Source: a virus (taxonomy: Duplodnaviria; Caudoviricetes). From it: a stretch of DNA of 64,000 nt. Positions 38,354-48,824 of this stretch are shown piece by piece. Numbering within the stretch: position 1 is the stretch's first letter; every line of letters starts with the position of its first letter. The notes beneath the pieces are model-generated. The model saw only the letters and a program-made list of their open reading frames with translations, searched no databases and was not told the origin of the DNA. Position numbers and translations under genes: made by a program. The DNA lies in IMG/VR virus record IMGVR_UViG_3300044655_001017. One strand, given 5' to 3'.

Positions 38354-38971
38354 ATGATAATTGGAATCGTAGGAAACATAGGTGAAGGCAAAGACACTAT
38401 TGCTGATTACTTAGTAAGTAACTATAACTTTAAACGTGAAAGTTTTGCAGGTACTTTAAAAGATGCAGTGTCTGCAGTGTTTGGATGGGACAGAGAATTA
38501 CTTGAAGGTAGAACTAAAGAGTCTCGAGAATGGCGTGAACAAGTTGACACATGGTGGGAAGATAGATTAGGTATGGTTGGATTAACTCCTAGATTAATTT
38601 TACAGCTGTGGGGTACTGAAGTATGTAGACGTGGCTTTCATGACGATATTTGGGTTGCTAGTTTAGAAAACAAATTACGTAATGTAGGTACTGATGTAGT
38701 TATAAGCGATTGTAGATTTCCTAACGAGTTTGATACTATTAAGAACTTAGGTGGTATTATTGTTCGAGTAAAAAGAAGTCTAGATCCGGAATGGCATTTA
38801 CATGCTAAGGGTGCATCAGCCGGTAACATAGAAGATATTTTAATGTTAAAAGAGTTCGGAATCCACGAAAGTGAATGGGCATGGTATGGTTTAGAAGTAG
38901 ATCATATAATTGATAATACCGGCACATTAGACGAGTTGTACGCAAAAGTAACCAAAATAGTTAAGATATAA
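38354..38971 (+). CDS. gp1: Deoxynucleoside monophosphate kinase (T4 gp1-like)
   Basis: MIIGIVGNIGEGKDT P-loop, SFAGTLKDAV, TPRLILQLWGTE, ISDCRFPNE, H.SE. Confidence 0.92.
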   Translation: MIIGIVGNIGEGKDTIADYLVSNYNFKRESFAGTLKDAVSAVFGWDRELLEGRTKESREWREQVDTWWEDRLGMVGLTPRLILQLWGTEVCRRGFHDDIWVASLENKLRNVGTDVVISDCRFPNEFDTIKNLGGIIVRVKRSLDPEWHLHAKGASAGNIEDILMLKEFGIHESEWAWYGLEVDHIIDNTGTLDELYAKVTKIVKI

Positions 38972-38992
38972 CGCCATAAAATTACAATTTAC

Positions 38993-39000
38993 TATAAATA
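38993..39000 (+). promoter_or_regulatory. T4-type late promoter TATAAATA
   Basis: Exact consensus upstream of the sheath gene. Confidence 0.75.
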
Positions 39001-39033
39001 CAGTTAGAACTTGTATATATGGAGATTATAATT

Positions 39034-42000
39034 ATGGCTCAACTTAGTTCACCAGGCGTTAGCGTATCTGTTATTGATGAAAGTTTTTACACAGTATCCA
39101 ACGCCGGTACAATACCTTTAATTTTTGTCGCTTCTGCTTCAAATAAATTAACAGGGTCTGGAACAGGCTTTGCTCCAGGCACTCTAGCAAAAAATGACGG
39201 TAAGGTATATTTACTTACAAGTCAAAAAGATTTAGTGGACACATTCGGCACTCCAATTTTTAAAACCGATACAAACAACAATCCAATTCACGCTGGCGAG
39301 CAAAACGAATACGGTTTGCAAGCTGCGTATAGTTTCTTAGGTGTAAGTAATCGTGCATATGTTGCGCGTGCAAGTGTTGATTTATCTCAACTTAATGCTA
39401 CGGCAGTAATGCCATCTAGTGATCCAGTTGACGGCGCAGTTTGGTTAAACACAGCTTCTACACGTTGGGGCGTATTTGAATGGAATGGCTATGATGCAAC
39501 GTATGTTGACGGGCAAACATTTAAAAATGTAGTACCATTAGTTATTACTGAGTTAACACAAGTTGAAACACTTGGAAATGGAAGCATTGCTCCTAAATCA
39601 AGTGTTGGGTTAACTGGTTCATACGCAATTGTTGCAGTATCAAGTCTTAATAAATTGTGGTACAAAAAATACGCAACGAACACAGCTGCTGGTAATTGGG
39701 TAGAAGTTGGTTCATCTGAGTGGAAAGCAAGCCGCCCAACTGTTATCGGTTCAGGTTCTGCTGTTGAATTAGATATTCTTTTAGATGGATTTATTCTAAA
39801 TGGAGTTGAAATTGCACTTGATACCGTAGGTAGTACAATTACTACTTTTGCAGGATTAGTTGCTGCAATTAATGCTAACACTGCTCTTGCATCTGACGGC
39901 GTTACCGCTGCATTGATTAACAACAAACTTGAAATTTATTCAACAGGTGTAGATATTACTTTTGCTGATACTCAAACACTTACTGCTAGTAAACTCGGTG
40001 TTACTATTGCTAAACCGTATGTAGCACCTGCATTACAAATTTCAGCACACACAGCTGTTCCGTTGTTCAAAATAAAAGATAATACCGATACAGTTAGCAA
40101 CAGACCGTCGGGATCTATTTGGATTAAAACAACTGCAATTAATAATGGCGCTGATTTTATCATTAATACATACAAAACGGCTTCAAAATCGTGGATTCCT
40201 TCAACAGTTTCTGTATACCCAACAGGTGCTGCTGCGTTAGCAGGGTTAGATCCAACAGGTGGTGGTTTGCACATTGCAGGTAGCACTTATTATGTTAAAT
40301 CTAACGAAACACAAGACTCACCAAATCCGCTTGCAACATTTACAGTATATCGTCGTAGCGGCGTAGGTGCTACTAGAATTGAATCTGAAGACATTAGTGT
40401 TACTAATTTTCCAGGTGGTAGTGGTACTGCAGGTGACTATTCGTTTAACTTGTATGAAAGCGTAGTAGGTTCTTCAACATTAAAAAGCAGAGTAGTTTCA
40501 TTCCATATTAATGCAGATACATCAACTTCTGCTATTATTGATATTATCTTAAGTGCAATTAACACACCGTCAACTACTTCAAACGTGTCTGCAGTACATG
40601 TAGGTACTTCAAAAATTGCTATTATTCATGCAACTGGTGGTGACATTGAATTCCAAGACTTAACAAATAGTCCAATTAGTGCGTTGTTTTCTACAACAAC
40701 TACACCAAACTTCTATGAACATTCAAATGGATTATGGTTTATTGCTAGCTTATGGACAAAATTTACATCTAATAAAACATCATCATTTATTACTCCAAAA
40801 TCTACACAGCCAACTGCTGGACCATCTAATGGCCAATTGTGGTATGATTCAAAAATTGAAGAAGTTGATATTATGGCACACAATGGTACTACTTGGGTAG
40901 CTTATCGTAACTATAACCCAGGTGACGGATTATCATCTACAGATGCATCTGGACCAATTGTAAGTCCAACTCGTCCTCTTTATCAAAAAAATGGAGATGA
41001 TTTAGTTAATGGTGATTTGTGGATTGATTCTTCAGATACTGACAACTACCCAACGATTTATAAATTTAACTCGTATACTATGGTATGGGATTTAGTTGAT
41101 AAAACTGATCAATCTACAGAAAATGGTATTTTGTTTGCTGATGCAAGATGGGATACATCTGGTACTACAGACACTCCTGCAACAATCACTGCGTTGTTAG
41201 GCGGACTTAACCTACCAGTAGACGAAAGAAACGCAGCTAACTTCTTAGACTTCGATGCACCAAATCCTGCATTATATCCAAAAGGTATGTTGTTATGGAA
41301 TTTGCGTAGAAGCGGATTTAATGTTAAAAGATTACACACAAACTATGTTAACAGATTAACCCGTAACACTAGATATAATAACGAAAGTATGGGATTGTAT
41401 TATACATCTCGTTGGGTATCTGAAGCAGCTAATAACGAAGATGGGTCAGGTGCATTTGGTCGTATTGCACAACGTAAAGTTGTAGTACAGTCATTGCAAG
41501 CGTTAGTTAATGCAAATCAACAAATTCGTGAAGAAGAAAGAGTTCTTAATTTAATTGCAGCACCTGGTTATCCAGAGTTAGTAGGCGAATTAAAAATCTT
41601 AAATTATGATCGTGGTATTACTGCGTTTGTACTTGCTGACGCACCTGCTCGTTTAACTGCTGATGCTACTTCTTTAAGTAACTGGGGTAACAACACAAAT
41701 GTTGCAGTTGAAGATAATGATCATGGTTTAGTATCGGCTGATCCGTATATGGCGTTCTTTTATCCATGGGGTTATTCAAGTGACAATATTGGAAACAACA
41801 TTGTTGTTCCACCAACTTATATGATGTTACGTACAATTGCGTTAAGTGATAATATTAGTTATCCTTGGTTTGCGCCAGCTGGAACATCTAGAGGTGTTAT
41901 TAACAATGCAACAGCGGTTGGATATGTAGACAGCGAAGGTGAATTTAAAACAGTTGCATTAAACGGCGGCCAACGTGATACATTAGCTAGCATCAAAGTT

Positions 42001-42399
42001 AACGCGCTTACATCTATTGCAGGTTCTGGTGTAGTTAATATGGGACAATACACTCGTGCTTCGGCAGCAAGTGCATTAGACCGCATTAACGTTGCACGTT
42101 TAGTAGTTCATTTACGTAGAAAATTTGCATTATTAGCTAGACCATATTTATTTGAACCAAATGATGATGCAACTCGTAAACAAATTAAACATGCTGCAGA
42201 ATCTATGTTAATTGAATTAATGGGCCAACGTGCAATTTACGATTATATTGTAGTGTGTGATAGTTCTAATAATACACCGGATAGAGTCGATCGTAGCGAA
42301 CTATGGCTTGATGTTGCAATCGAACCAACAAAAGCTGTGGAATTTATTTACATTCCATTGCGTTTGAAAAATACTGGCGAACTTAAAGGTCTAGGATAA
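39034..42399 (+). CDS. gp18: Contractile tail sheath protein (gp18), enlarged to ~1121 aa
   Basis: LSSPGVSVSVIDES, DLVDTFGTP, YPWFAPAG..RG, DRINVARL, FEPND..TR, D.SNNTPD..DR.EL..DVAIEPTKAVEFIYI. Confidence 0.95.
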   Translation: MAQLSSPGVSVSVIDESFYTVSNAGTIPLIFVASASNKLTGSGTGFAPGTLAKNDGKVYLLTSQKDLVDTFGTPIFKTDTNNNPIHAGEQNEYGLQAAYSFLGVSNRAYVARASVDLSQLNATAVMPSSDPVDGAVWLNTASTRWGVFEWNGYDATYVDGQTFKNVVPLVITELTQVETLGNGSIAPKSSVGLTGSYAIVAVSSLNKLWYKKYATNTAAGNWVEVGSSEWKASRPTVIGSGSAVELDILLDGFILNGVEIALDTVGSTITTFAGLVAAINANTALASDGVTAALINNKLEIYSTGVDITFADTQTLTASKLGVTIAKPYVAPALQISAHTAVPLFKIKDNTDTVSNRPSGSIWIKTTAINNGADFIINTYKTASKSWIPSTVSVYPTGAAALAGLDPTGGGLHIAGSTYYVKSNETQDSPNPLATFTVYRRSGVGATRIESEDISVTNFPGGSGTAGDYSFNLYESVVGSSTLKSRVVSFHINADTSTSAIIDIILSAINTPSTTSNVSAVHVGTSKIAIIHATGGDIEFQDLTNSPISALFSTTTTPNFYEHSNGLWFIASLWTKFTSNKTSSFITPKSTQPTAGPSNGQLWYDSKIEEVDIMAHNGTTWVAYRNYNPGDGLSSTDASGPIVSPTRPLYQKNGDDLVNGDLWIDSSDTDNYPTIYKFNSYTMVWDLVDKTDQSTENGILFADARWDTSGTTDTPATITALLGGLNLPVDERNAANFLDFDAPNPALYPKGMLLWNLRRSGFNVKRLHTNYVNRLTRNTRYNNESMGLYYTSRWVSEAANNEDGSGAFGRIAQRKVVVQSLQALVNANQQIREEERVLNLIAAPGYPELVGELKILNYDRGITAFVLADAPARLTADATSLSNWGNNTNVAVEDNDHGLVSADPYMAFFYPWGYSSDNIGNNIVVPPTYMMLRTIALSDNISYPWFAPAGTSRGVINNATAVGYVDSEGEFKTVALNGGQRDTLASIKVNALTSIAGSGVVNMGQYTRASAASALDRINVARLVVHLRRKFALLARPYLFEPNDDATRKQIKHAAESMLIELMGQRAIYDYIVVCDSSNNTPDRVDRSELWLDVAIEPTKAVEFIYIPLRLKNTGELKGLG

Positions 42400-42411
42400 G
42401 GAGAGAGAAAT

Positions 42412-43047
42412 ATGTCAATTGCATCATTATCACACTTTTCAGTCCCTATAAACGGGGGTGATAACACAGGCATGTTAATGCCTAAATTAAAATATCGATT
42501 TAAAGTAACATTTGATGGCTTAGGTATATCAGCTGATACTACTGAGTTAACAAAACAAATAGTCGAAGCGGCTAGACCGACAGCTACGTTTCCTGATCAA
42601 AAAATTGATGTATACAATAGTGTCATCCATTATGCAGGTAAACCAAACTGGGGCACAGTTGCTGTTAAACTACGTGACGATTCGACTGGCGTAGTTAACA
42701 AAATTGTTGGCGAACAAAACCAAAAACAATTTGATTTCTTTGAACAAAGTTCAGCTGCAGCAGCAGGTGATTATAAATTTAAAATGACAATTCAAATGCT
42801 AGATGGTGGTAACGCTGGTAACTTCTCAGAAGCAAACGTATTAGAAACATGGGAATGCTATGGTTGTTATATTACTACAACTACATTTGGTGCGTTAGCG
42901 TATGCTGATGCAGGTACAGGTATGACGATTGATTTAGTAATCCAACCTGATAACTGTGTTCAAATCGTTGGCGGCGGCATTGGCGCAACTGATACTGCAA
43001 GAAACCCCGGCACTAGTGCTGTGGGCGGAACTGGTACTGCTGTGTAA
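42412..43047 (+). CDS. gp19: Tail tube protein (gp19-like)
   Basis: Follows the sheath; LMPKLKYRFKV, YAGKP.W, LRDD, ETWECYGCY. Confidence 0.88.
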   Translation: MSIASLSHFSVPINGGDNTGMLMPKLKYRFKVTFDGLGISADTTELTKQIVEAARPTATFPDQKIDVYNSVIHYAGKPNWGTVAVKLRDDSTGVVNKIVGEQNQKQFDFFEQSSAAAAGDYKFKMTIQMLDGGNAGNFSEANVLETWECYGCYITTTTFGALAYADAGTGMTIDLVIQPDNCVQIVGGGIGATDTARNPGTSAVGGTGTAV

Positions 43048-43065
43048 TACAGCTCTACATAATAA

Positions 43066-43093
43066 TAAAAAGCCCGTGTATGCGGGCTTTTTT
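43066..43093 (+). terminator. Rho-independent terminator (bidirectional-type)
   Basis: AAAAAGCCCG-TGTATG-CGGGCTTTTTT. Confidence 0.85.
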
Positions 43094-43141
43094 ATGACTA
43101 AAATATAAACTATACACTTTATGAAATAGATAAATATATGT

Positions 43142-44197
43142 ATGGCATACGCAGATAATAACCTTATAAAAACAGATCCATTTCAACAAATAAGATGTCA
43201 ACAACACGCGTCTAGGACGTTTGTTGACGACAGTTTTAGATTACTTCCAAAAAACAAGTTCTTATTCCACGTTGCATTTAATATCAACTGGCCGGCATTT
43301 AAGGGTAAAAATCTTAATTTTAGTTTACTAGAAACTCTTAAAGACGAAATTAACTTATTAGTTAAGTCAGTTGATTTACCTGCATATACGGTTACCCACG
43401 AAACATTAAATCAATACAATAGAAAGAAAGTAGTTCAGTGTCAGCACAAGTACGGCGAGTCATCAATTTCATTTCATGATGACAACATGGGATTAATAAA
43501 TCAATTATGGCAAGCATACTACAAATATCATTATTCTGACCCAACAGTTGCAACTGCAAAGGGTGCATACAATAAAACTGCAACTAAACCGTCATCGTAT
43601 ATTAAAAATCCATACGGTTATAACGGCCGAATTGCACCATTTTTTAATTACATTACTATATACCAAATGGCTAGACATGAATATGTTAGTTATACATTAG
43701 TTAACCCAATTATTACATCGTGGACTGGTGGAAAGGTTGCTTATTCGGAAACTTCTTCATCGCACGGATTTGAAATGAAACTTGCATATGAAGCAGTATC
43801 GTACGATACTGGATATGTAGACTCTGGAAGAATGGAAGGGTTTGGATCGTCTCATTACGATTGGACTCCGTCACCATTAACAACTGATCAGTCGTTAGAT
43901 ATTAACACATCAACATCACCATCATTTGCTAGAACAGGCGGGTTTGGCTCATCTGACTCTACATCAGCAACTAACACTAATAATACTACTGCTGCTCAGA
44001 AATCTGCAGCTGCTAGTAAAAGTGCTGCATTTAATAACGCAGCATCGGGACTTACAACCGGCAGTTTACAAGGAGTCTCTCTTCCGCAATCGTCAGCATT
44101 ATCAAGAACCCAAGCAGCGCAAGTTAATTTGTTGCAGACAGTAGTACCAAGAACAACAACTAACACTATTGCTCCAGAATATACCGTAGGACAATAA
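43142..44197 (+). CDS. Tail tube-like baseplate protein (gp48/gp54-like tube initiator)
   Basis: Tube-fold motifs LLVKSVDLP, TLNQYNRK, I.FHDDN, NPII.SW; follows the tube gene. Confidence 0.6.
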   Translation: MAYADNNLIKTDPFQQIRCQQHASRTFVDDSFRLLPKNKFLFHVAFNINWPAFKGKNLNFSLLETLKDEINLLVKSVDLPAYTVTHETLNQYNRKKVVQCQHKYGESSISFHDDNMGLINQLWQAYYKYHYSDPTVATAKGAYNKTATKPSSYIKNPYGYNGRIAPFFNYITIYQMARHEYVSYTLVNPIITSWTGGKVAYSETSSSHGFEMKLAYEAVSYDTGYVDSGRMEGFGSSHYDWTPSPLTTDQSLDINTSTSPSFARTGGFGSSDSTSATNTNNTTAAQKSAAASKSAAFNNAASGLTTGSLQGVSLPQSSALSRTQAAQVNLLQTVVPRTTTNTIAPEYTVGQ

Positions 44198-44199
44198 CA

Positions 44200-44568
44200 A
44201 TGATTACTAATTTACCAACTCCGGCCCAAGCAGCTAGCGAAACTGAAATTAAACAATTCTTTGATAAATTTTATACAACTGAAGTATCATTTCCTGCTGC
44301 AGAAATTGATGCAGTAATTGGTTTTTTTCAACGTCGTGAATTTGATATTACGAGTGCTAGATCTATTGCAATCGTACTTTTAAATCAAGCTAGATCTGAT
44401 GACGTAAATGTGTTTACGTTATTAGAAACTCTTAAATCTATACCAACTATGCAACTGTCGTCAGTAGTTGCTCAAATTTTAAATTCATATCGAGAAAAAA
44501 CAAGTTTAGTTGGCTATCGCACTAGTATAAGTGATAACTCGTACGAAACGAGAAATATCTTAGTATGA
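44200..44568 (+). CDS. Hypothetical protein
   Basis: Tightly packed ORF, 4-nt overlap with gp4. Confidence 0.6.
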   Translation: MITNLPTPAQAASETEIKQFFDKFYTTEVSFPAAEIDAVIGFFQRREFDITSARSIAIVLLNQARSDDVNVFTLLETLKSIPTMQLSSVVAQILNSYREKTSLVGYRTSISDNSYETRNILV

Positions 44569-45005
44569 GCAGTCGTAAATTTGCTAAAGGTAAATACACA
44601 CCTAAAAATCCAGGAAAGTATGTAGGAACGAAAACTCCATATTACAGAAGCTCATGGGAAATGAGTTTTATGAATATGTGCGATACTAATCCTGCTATAC
44701 AAAAGTGGGCAAGCGAAGCAATAACTATACCATATAGAGATCCATTAACTAATCGTAATACAATTTATCTTCCAGATTTTTTTATACAATACATAGATAA
44801 AAATCATATTATTCACAACGAAGTAATTGAAATAAAACCCGCAAGTCAACACATATTAGAACGTGTTGGTAAAAACAAATACAACCAAGCACAGTATATT
44901 AAAAATCAAGCTAAATGGGCAGCAGCAATGTCCTACTGTAAACAGAATGGGTTAGTATTTAGAGTCATAAATGAAAATGATATTTTTCATAACGGTTCTA
45001 AATAA
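44565..45005 (+). CDS. gp4: Head completion nuclease (T4 gp4-like, TnsA-like PD-(D/E)xK)
   Basis: G.Y.PKNP.KY.G, YRSSWE..FM..CD.NP....WASE, YLPDF, EIKP, NQAKW.AA. Confidence 0.92.
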   Translation: MSSRKFAKGKYTPKNPGKYVGTKTPYYRSSWEMSFMNMCDTNPAIQKWASEAITIPYRDPLTNRNTIYLPDFFIQYIDKNHIIHNEVIEIKPASQHILERVGKNKYNQAQYIKNQAKWAAAMSYCKQNGLVFRVINENDIFHNGSK

Positions 45006-45036
45006 CTTAAATAGTTATACTATATGAGGATAATTC

Positions 45037-45513
45037 ATGACCCGCAAATTGGAAGAGCTCCTAAACTTACCAGAAAGTAAAACAATTATAAAAGACGATA
45101 CACCTGCCCCACCACCTGCTACTGTTCCTCTATTTAGAAATATGGATGAATTTGACAAAATATCTGCGGCATTACCTCAAGTAAAAGGCCTAGGCGATAT
45201 TAGTGATTCTGAGTTTGATGCGCTAGCACAGCGTGCAACTGATGCATATGACGACTTAATGGATTTAGGAATGAATGTTGAAGCACGGTATAGCGGCCGC
45301 GTATTTGAAGTAGCAGCAAGTATGCTTAAAAATGCAATTGATGCAAAATCTGCTAAAATAGATAAAAAACTTAAAATGATTGATCTTCAACTTAAAAAAC
45401 AAAAGTTAGACAGTGATACACATCCTGAAGATACTGGCGTTAACATTCAAGGTGACGGCTATATTGTTACAGATAGGAATAGTCTTATCGAAAAATTAAA
45501 GAATATGAAATAA
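45037..45513 (+). CDS. Putative terminase small subunit (gp16-like)
   Basis: Size, helical core (RVFEVAASMLKNA.DA), position upstream of TerL, GAGGA RBS. Confidence 0.5.
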   Translation: MTRKLEELLNLPESKTIIKDDTPAPPPATVPLFRNMDEFDKISAALPQVKGLGDISDSEFDALAQRATDAYDDLMDLGMNVEARYSGRVFEVAASMLKNAIDAKSAKIDKKLKMIDLQLKKQKLDSDTHPEDTGVNIQGDGYIVTDRNSLIEKLKNMK

Positions 45514-45534
45514 ATATAGTATCAAGGATATATT

Positions 45535-46158
45535 ATGAAATCATTTACACAACATTTACTAGAATCAAAACAAGTTTATGAATTTAAAATTAAAATTGCA
45601 GGAGAACCTGCAGATGAACAAATTAATAAACTTAAATGTGCATTAGAAAAATTCACAGTTGAATCTTTTTCAGAAGGCACCCGCACACCTATTCAAGAGT
45701 CTCACGTTGATTTTCCAGATCACGAAAACATTAACGTATCAACTTATAATGTTACATTAACTTATCCTGCAACTAGTTTTCAAATAAGATACCTAGCTGC
45801 AGAAGCAATGAATGTATCGCAAAGTTGTGTAAGGGTGCGAAATCTTAGAGAAGACGCCGAAACTGATATCAACCATGCGCATGATATAAAAACAGGTGAA
45901 TCATTATTAGGTAAAGATTATAACAAAGAAAATAATCAAAATTTAGTAGGTGAAACCCATAAGCTAGCATTATTAAAAGAATTAAGCAAGGTTAAACATC
46001 AAGGTGAGCAATACAAAGGTGTTAACGATAAATTGTTAGCAAAAAAAGCACCTGTTGAAAAAACAACAGCTGCAAAAGTTGATAAAACACTTGGAATAAT
46101 TAGCCCAATTGGATCTAGACAAGTTACGTTGCCAACTTCTAAAACAGGAAACTACTAA
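45535..46158 (+). CDS. Hypothetical, possible internal head/prohead protein
   Basis: MKSFTQHLLES start resembles T4-like head-internal proteins. Confidence 0.4.
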   Translation: MKSFTQHLLESKQVYEFKIKIAGEPADEQINKLKCALEKFTVESFSEGTRTPIQESHVDFPDHENINVSTYNVTLTYPATSFQIRYLAAEAMNVSQSCVRVRNLREDAETDINHAHDIKTGESLLGKDYNKENNQNLVGETHKLALLKELSKVKHQGEQYKGVNDKLLAKKAPVEKTTAAKVDKTLGIISPIGSRQVTLPTSKTGNY

Positions 46159-47012
46159 TGGATTTTAAAGAATTAATGCAAAAAATGCAACAAATTGATG
46201 AAGGGTTAACTATAGACCCTGCAATGGAAGAATGTGATGGAATGCCTGCAGCTATTATTCAAGGTGGACATCCACCTGAAGAATCATTAAACATGAACCT
46301 TACTATTAATAGTAAAGGTGCAGATGGCATTCGTGAATTAATAGATGTATTAAAAGGTATTGGCAGCAACAATGATCCAACTGATGACCAACATGACGAT
46401 AGTGAAATTGTCATTGGCGATAATTATGAGAATTCAGTTGACGATGATGCCGGTCCGCATACATACGGAACTGATGCAGTTATCTTTAAAGGTAACGACA
46501 TGCACAACAAAGGTAGAAAATCACTTAAGGTAAATGGTGGAGAAAATCCACAATTTCACGAATCAATAATTTCTAATCTTTCTGCGTTATACGAAGAAAT
46601 TAAAGGTCGTACTGCATTATCTGAAATGTCTCCTGAAGAAAAACAAGCTGCTCAAGATGCGTTCTTTGCTAAAGGCGGCACTGTAACACATGGAAAAAGT
46701 AAAAGAACTAAAAAAGATCGAATGATAGGTCGCCTTCCTGGAGAACACGAAAGTGGGGTTCTTCATTCTGTTGATGCAAAAGTTCCACCTAGACGTGCAT
46801 CTAGACACGACCATGTTAATGTTGCTAGTAAAAAAGGAGAGATTACACCGGATTGGGAAGACAGATTAAATAGATTAGCAGCAGTTGGTGATGAAGATCG
46901 AGCACGCAAGGCAGCTGAACGTGATGCAAAAGATCGTGAAGATAAAGACAATGAAATGAAATCATTTAAAAAGTTACAACGCCTTAACAGATCATTAGTT
47001 AAAGACTTATAA
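46158..47012 (+). CDS. Hypothetical highly charged protein, possible internal head protein
   Basis: TAATG coupling; MDFKELMQKMQQIDE; acidic N-half and charged C-half. Confidence 0.45.
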   Translation: MDFKELMQKMQQIDEGLTIDPAMEECDGMPAAIIQGGHPPEESLNMNLTINSKGADGIRELIDVLKGIGSNNDPTDDQHDDSEIVIGDNYENSVDDDAGPHTYGTDAVIFKGNDMHNKGRKSLKVNGGENPQFHESIISNLSALYEEIKGRTALSEMSPEEKQAAQDAFFAKGGTVTHGKSKRTKKDRMIGRLPGEHESGVLHSVDAKVPPRRASRHDHVNVASKKGEITPDWEDRLNRLAAVGDEDRARKAAERDAKDREDKDNEMKSFKKLQRLNRSLVKDL

Positions 47013-47033
47013 GTTAACTTAATCATAACTCAT

Positions 47034-47060
47034 AAAGCGGACATATTGTCCGCTTTTTTT
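47034..47060 (+). terminator. Rho-independent terminator
   Basis: AAAGCGGACA-TAT-TGTCCGCTTT followed by a T run. Confidence 0.85.
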
Positions 47061-47091
47061 TGTAAATACATAATACAAAAAAGGATTATAT

Positions 47092-48018
47092 ATGGGTAAA
47101 TCGCTAGACGGTGTCCTTACAAAAAAAGCACACAAGACTGAAAAATTTGATGAGCAACAAATTAATGACATGCTGTTGTGTTCTGATACAGCTAACGGAT
47201 TTTTACATTTTTCAAGAAAATTCTTTCATATCCAACACTCGGTAAAAGGTAAACTATTATTTCAGCCATTTGATTATCAAGTTAATCTGTTAAATTGCTA
47301 TCATGATCATCGTTTTAATATCAATATGTTACCTCGTCAAAGTGGTAAAACAACCTGTGCATCTGCGTACTTGTTATGGTTTGCAATGTTTCATCCAGAT
47401 CAAACTATTCTAATTGCAGCGCACAAATATACTGGTGCTCAAGAGATTATGCAACGTATACGATACGGATACGAACTATGTCCGGACTTCTTACGTGCAG
47501 GGGTAGTAAGTTATAATAAAGGGTCTATGGAGTTTGATAACGGTTCTCGTATTGTAAGTCAAACTACTACTGGTACTACAGGACGAGGTATGTCTATTTC
47601 GTTATTGTATTGCGATGAGTTTGCGTTCTTACAACCTAACATTGCTGAAGAATTTTGGACTTCTATATCACCCACACTAGCAACTGGTGGACGTTGTATT
47701 ATTACATCTACACCAAATAGTGACGAAGATCAATTTGCTACTATATGGAAAGAAAGTCAACAGTTTTTTGACGAGTTTGGCAATGAGAAAGCAGACAAAG
47801 TTGGCATTAACGGTTTTTCTGGATTTAGATCAGATTGGTGGGATCATCCAGATCGTGACGATGCATGGAAACAAGAAGAGCTTGGTCGTATAGGTGAGGA
47901 AAAGTTTAGACGTGAATACGGTTGTATTGTGCATGATTCAGTTGTAACTGTTAAATGGCCATCTGGAAAAATTGAAAAACTAACAATGGGCGATATTATG
48001 CGATTATTAAGTTCATAG
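47092..48018 (+). CDS. gp17: Terminase large subunit, N-terminal ATPase part (277 aa) plus N-half of split intein (31 aa)
   Basis: Walker A LPRQSGKT, GRGMS, Walker B LLYCDEFAF, ITSTPN; then FRREYG followed by CIVHDSVV (intein block A) and an early stop. Confidence 0.95.
   Translation: MGKSLDGVLTKKAHKTEKFDEQQINDMLLCSDTANGFLHFSRKFFHIQHSVKGKLLFQPFDYQVNLLNCYHDHRFNINMLPRQSGKTTCASAYLLWFAMFHPDQTILIAAHKYTGAQEIMQRIRYGYELCPDFLRAGVVSYNKGSMEFDNGSRIVSQTTTGTTGRGMSISLLYCDEFAFLQPNIAEEFWTSISPTLATGGRCIITSTPNSDEDQFATIWKESQQFFDEFGNEKADKVGINGFSGFRSDWWDHPDRDDAWKQEELGRIGEEKFRREYGCIVHDSVVTVKWPSGKIEKLTMGDIMRLLSS
47923..48015 (+). mobile_element. Split intein N-fragment (IntN, 31 aa)
   Basis: CIVHDSVVTVKWPSGKIEKLTMGDIMRLLSS: Cys1 and block A pattern. 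Confidence 0.88.
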
Positions 48019-48031
48019 TATATGACGAAAT

Positions 48032-48039
48032 GATAAATA
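48032..48039 (+). promoter_or_regulatory. Late promoter GATAAATA of the homing endonuclease
   Basis: Lies 5 nt before ATG 48045, the same geometry as at 43129 and 49898. Confidence 0.55.
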
Positions 48040-48044
48040 CTAGC

Positions 48045-48824
48045 ATGTATTATGTATATATTTATAAAACCCCAATTAACATCACAGTAAGTTATATGAG
48101 TATTTTAGCAAATCAACCTTTTTATATTGGGAAGGGCCACGGTAGGCGATATAAAGATCATTTATCAGAAACTGCAGAAACTACGTGTAATCATTTAAAA
48201 GTTGCGGTAATTTCTAGATTAGTCGCGCAAAATCTAACTCCAGTTATAGAAATGTATCAAACTGAGTTAACAGATGCTGCAGCAAAGGCTCTTGAAATTG
48301 ATCTGATTAACCAGTACGGCCGATTAATTGATCATGCCGGCCCGTTAACAAATAAAACACTAGGCGGAGATGGGTGTACTGGATTTAAACATACTGAAGA
48401 AACCAAACAATTAATGAGTATTCAGAGAAAAGGAACCATTCCATATAATAAAGGTATCGCTCGTCCAGGAATTGGTGGACGTACATTAGGTACTAAATGG
48501 TCTGAATCTGAAAGAGAAACTCAACTGTTAGTTAGAAGCCAACCAGGTTATTATGAGTTTAACAAATGTCCTATAAGAGCAAAAAAAATAAGTGACTCCA
48601 AAAAAGGAAAACCTGGATCAGCAAAAGACAAACAATGGTTTAATAATGGAGTTATTGAGACCTATAAAGATATATGCCCTGACGGATTTGTTAAGGGAAG
48701 ACTTCCTAGATTACAAATATCAAAGAGAGGCATGTGTTGGTATAATAATGGAGTAATTAACAAACAATTTAAAGAAGGAACAGAACTTGATGGATTTACA
48801 CGCGGAAGAATTAATAAAAAATAA
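48045..48824 (+). mobile_element. Free-standing GIY-YIG homing endonuclease inserted in the split intein
   Basis: YYVYIY...FYIGKG.G.R...H, E..LI..YG, N.T.GGDG, NUMOD3-like HTEETKQLMS, two W(F/Y)NNG...GF..GR repeats. Confidence 0.9.
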
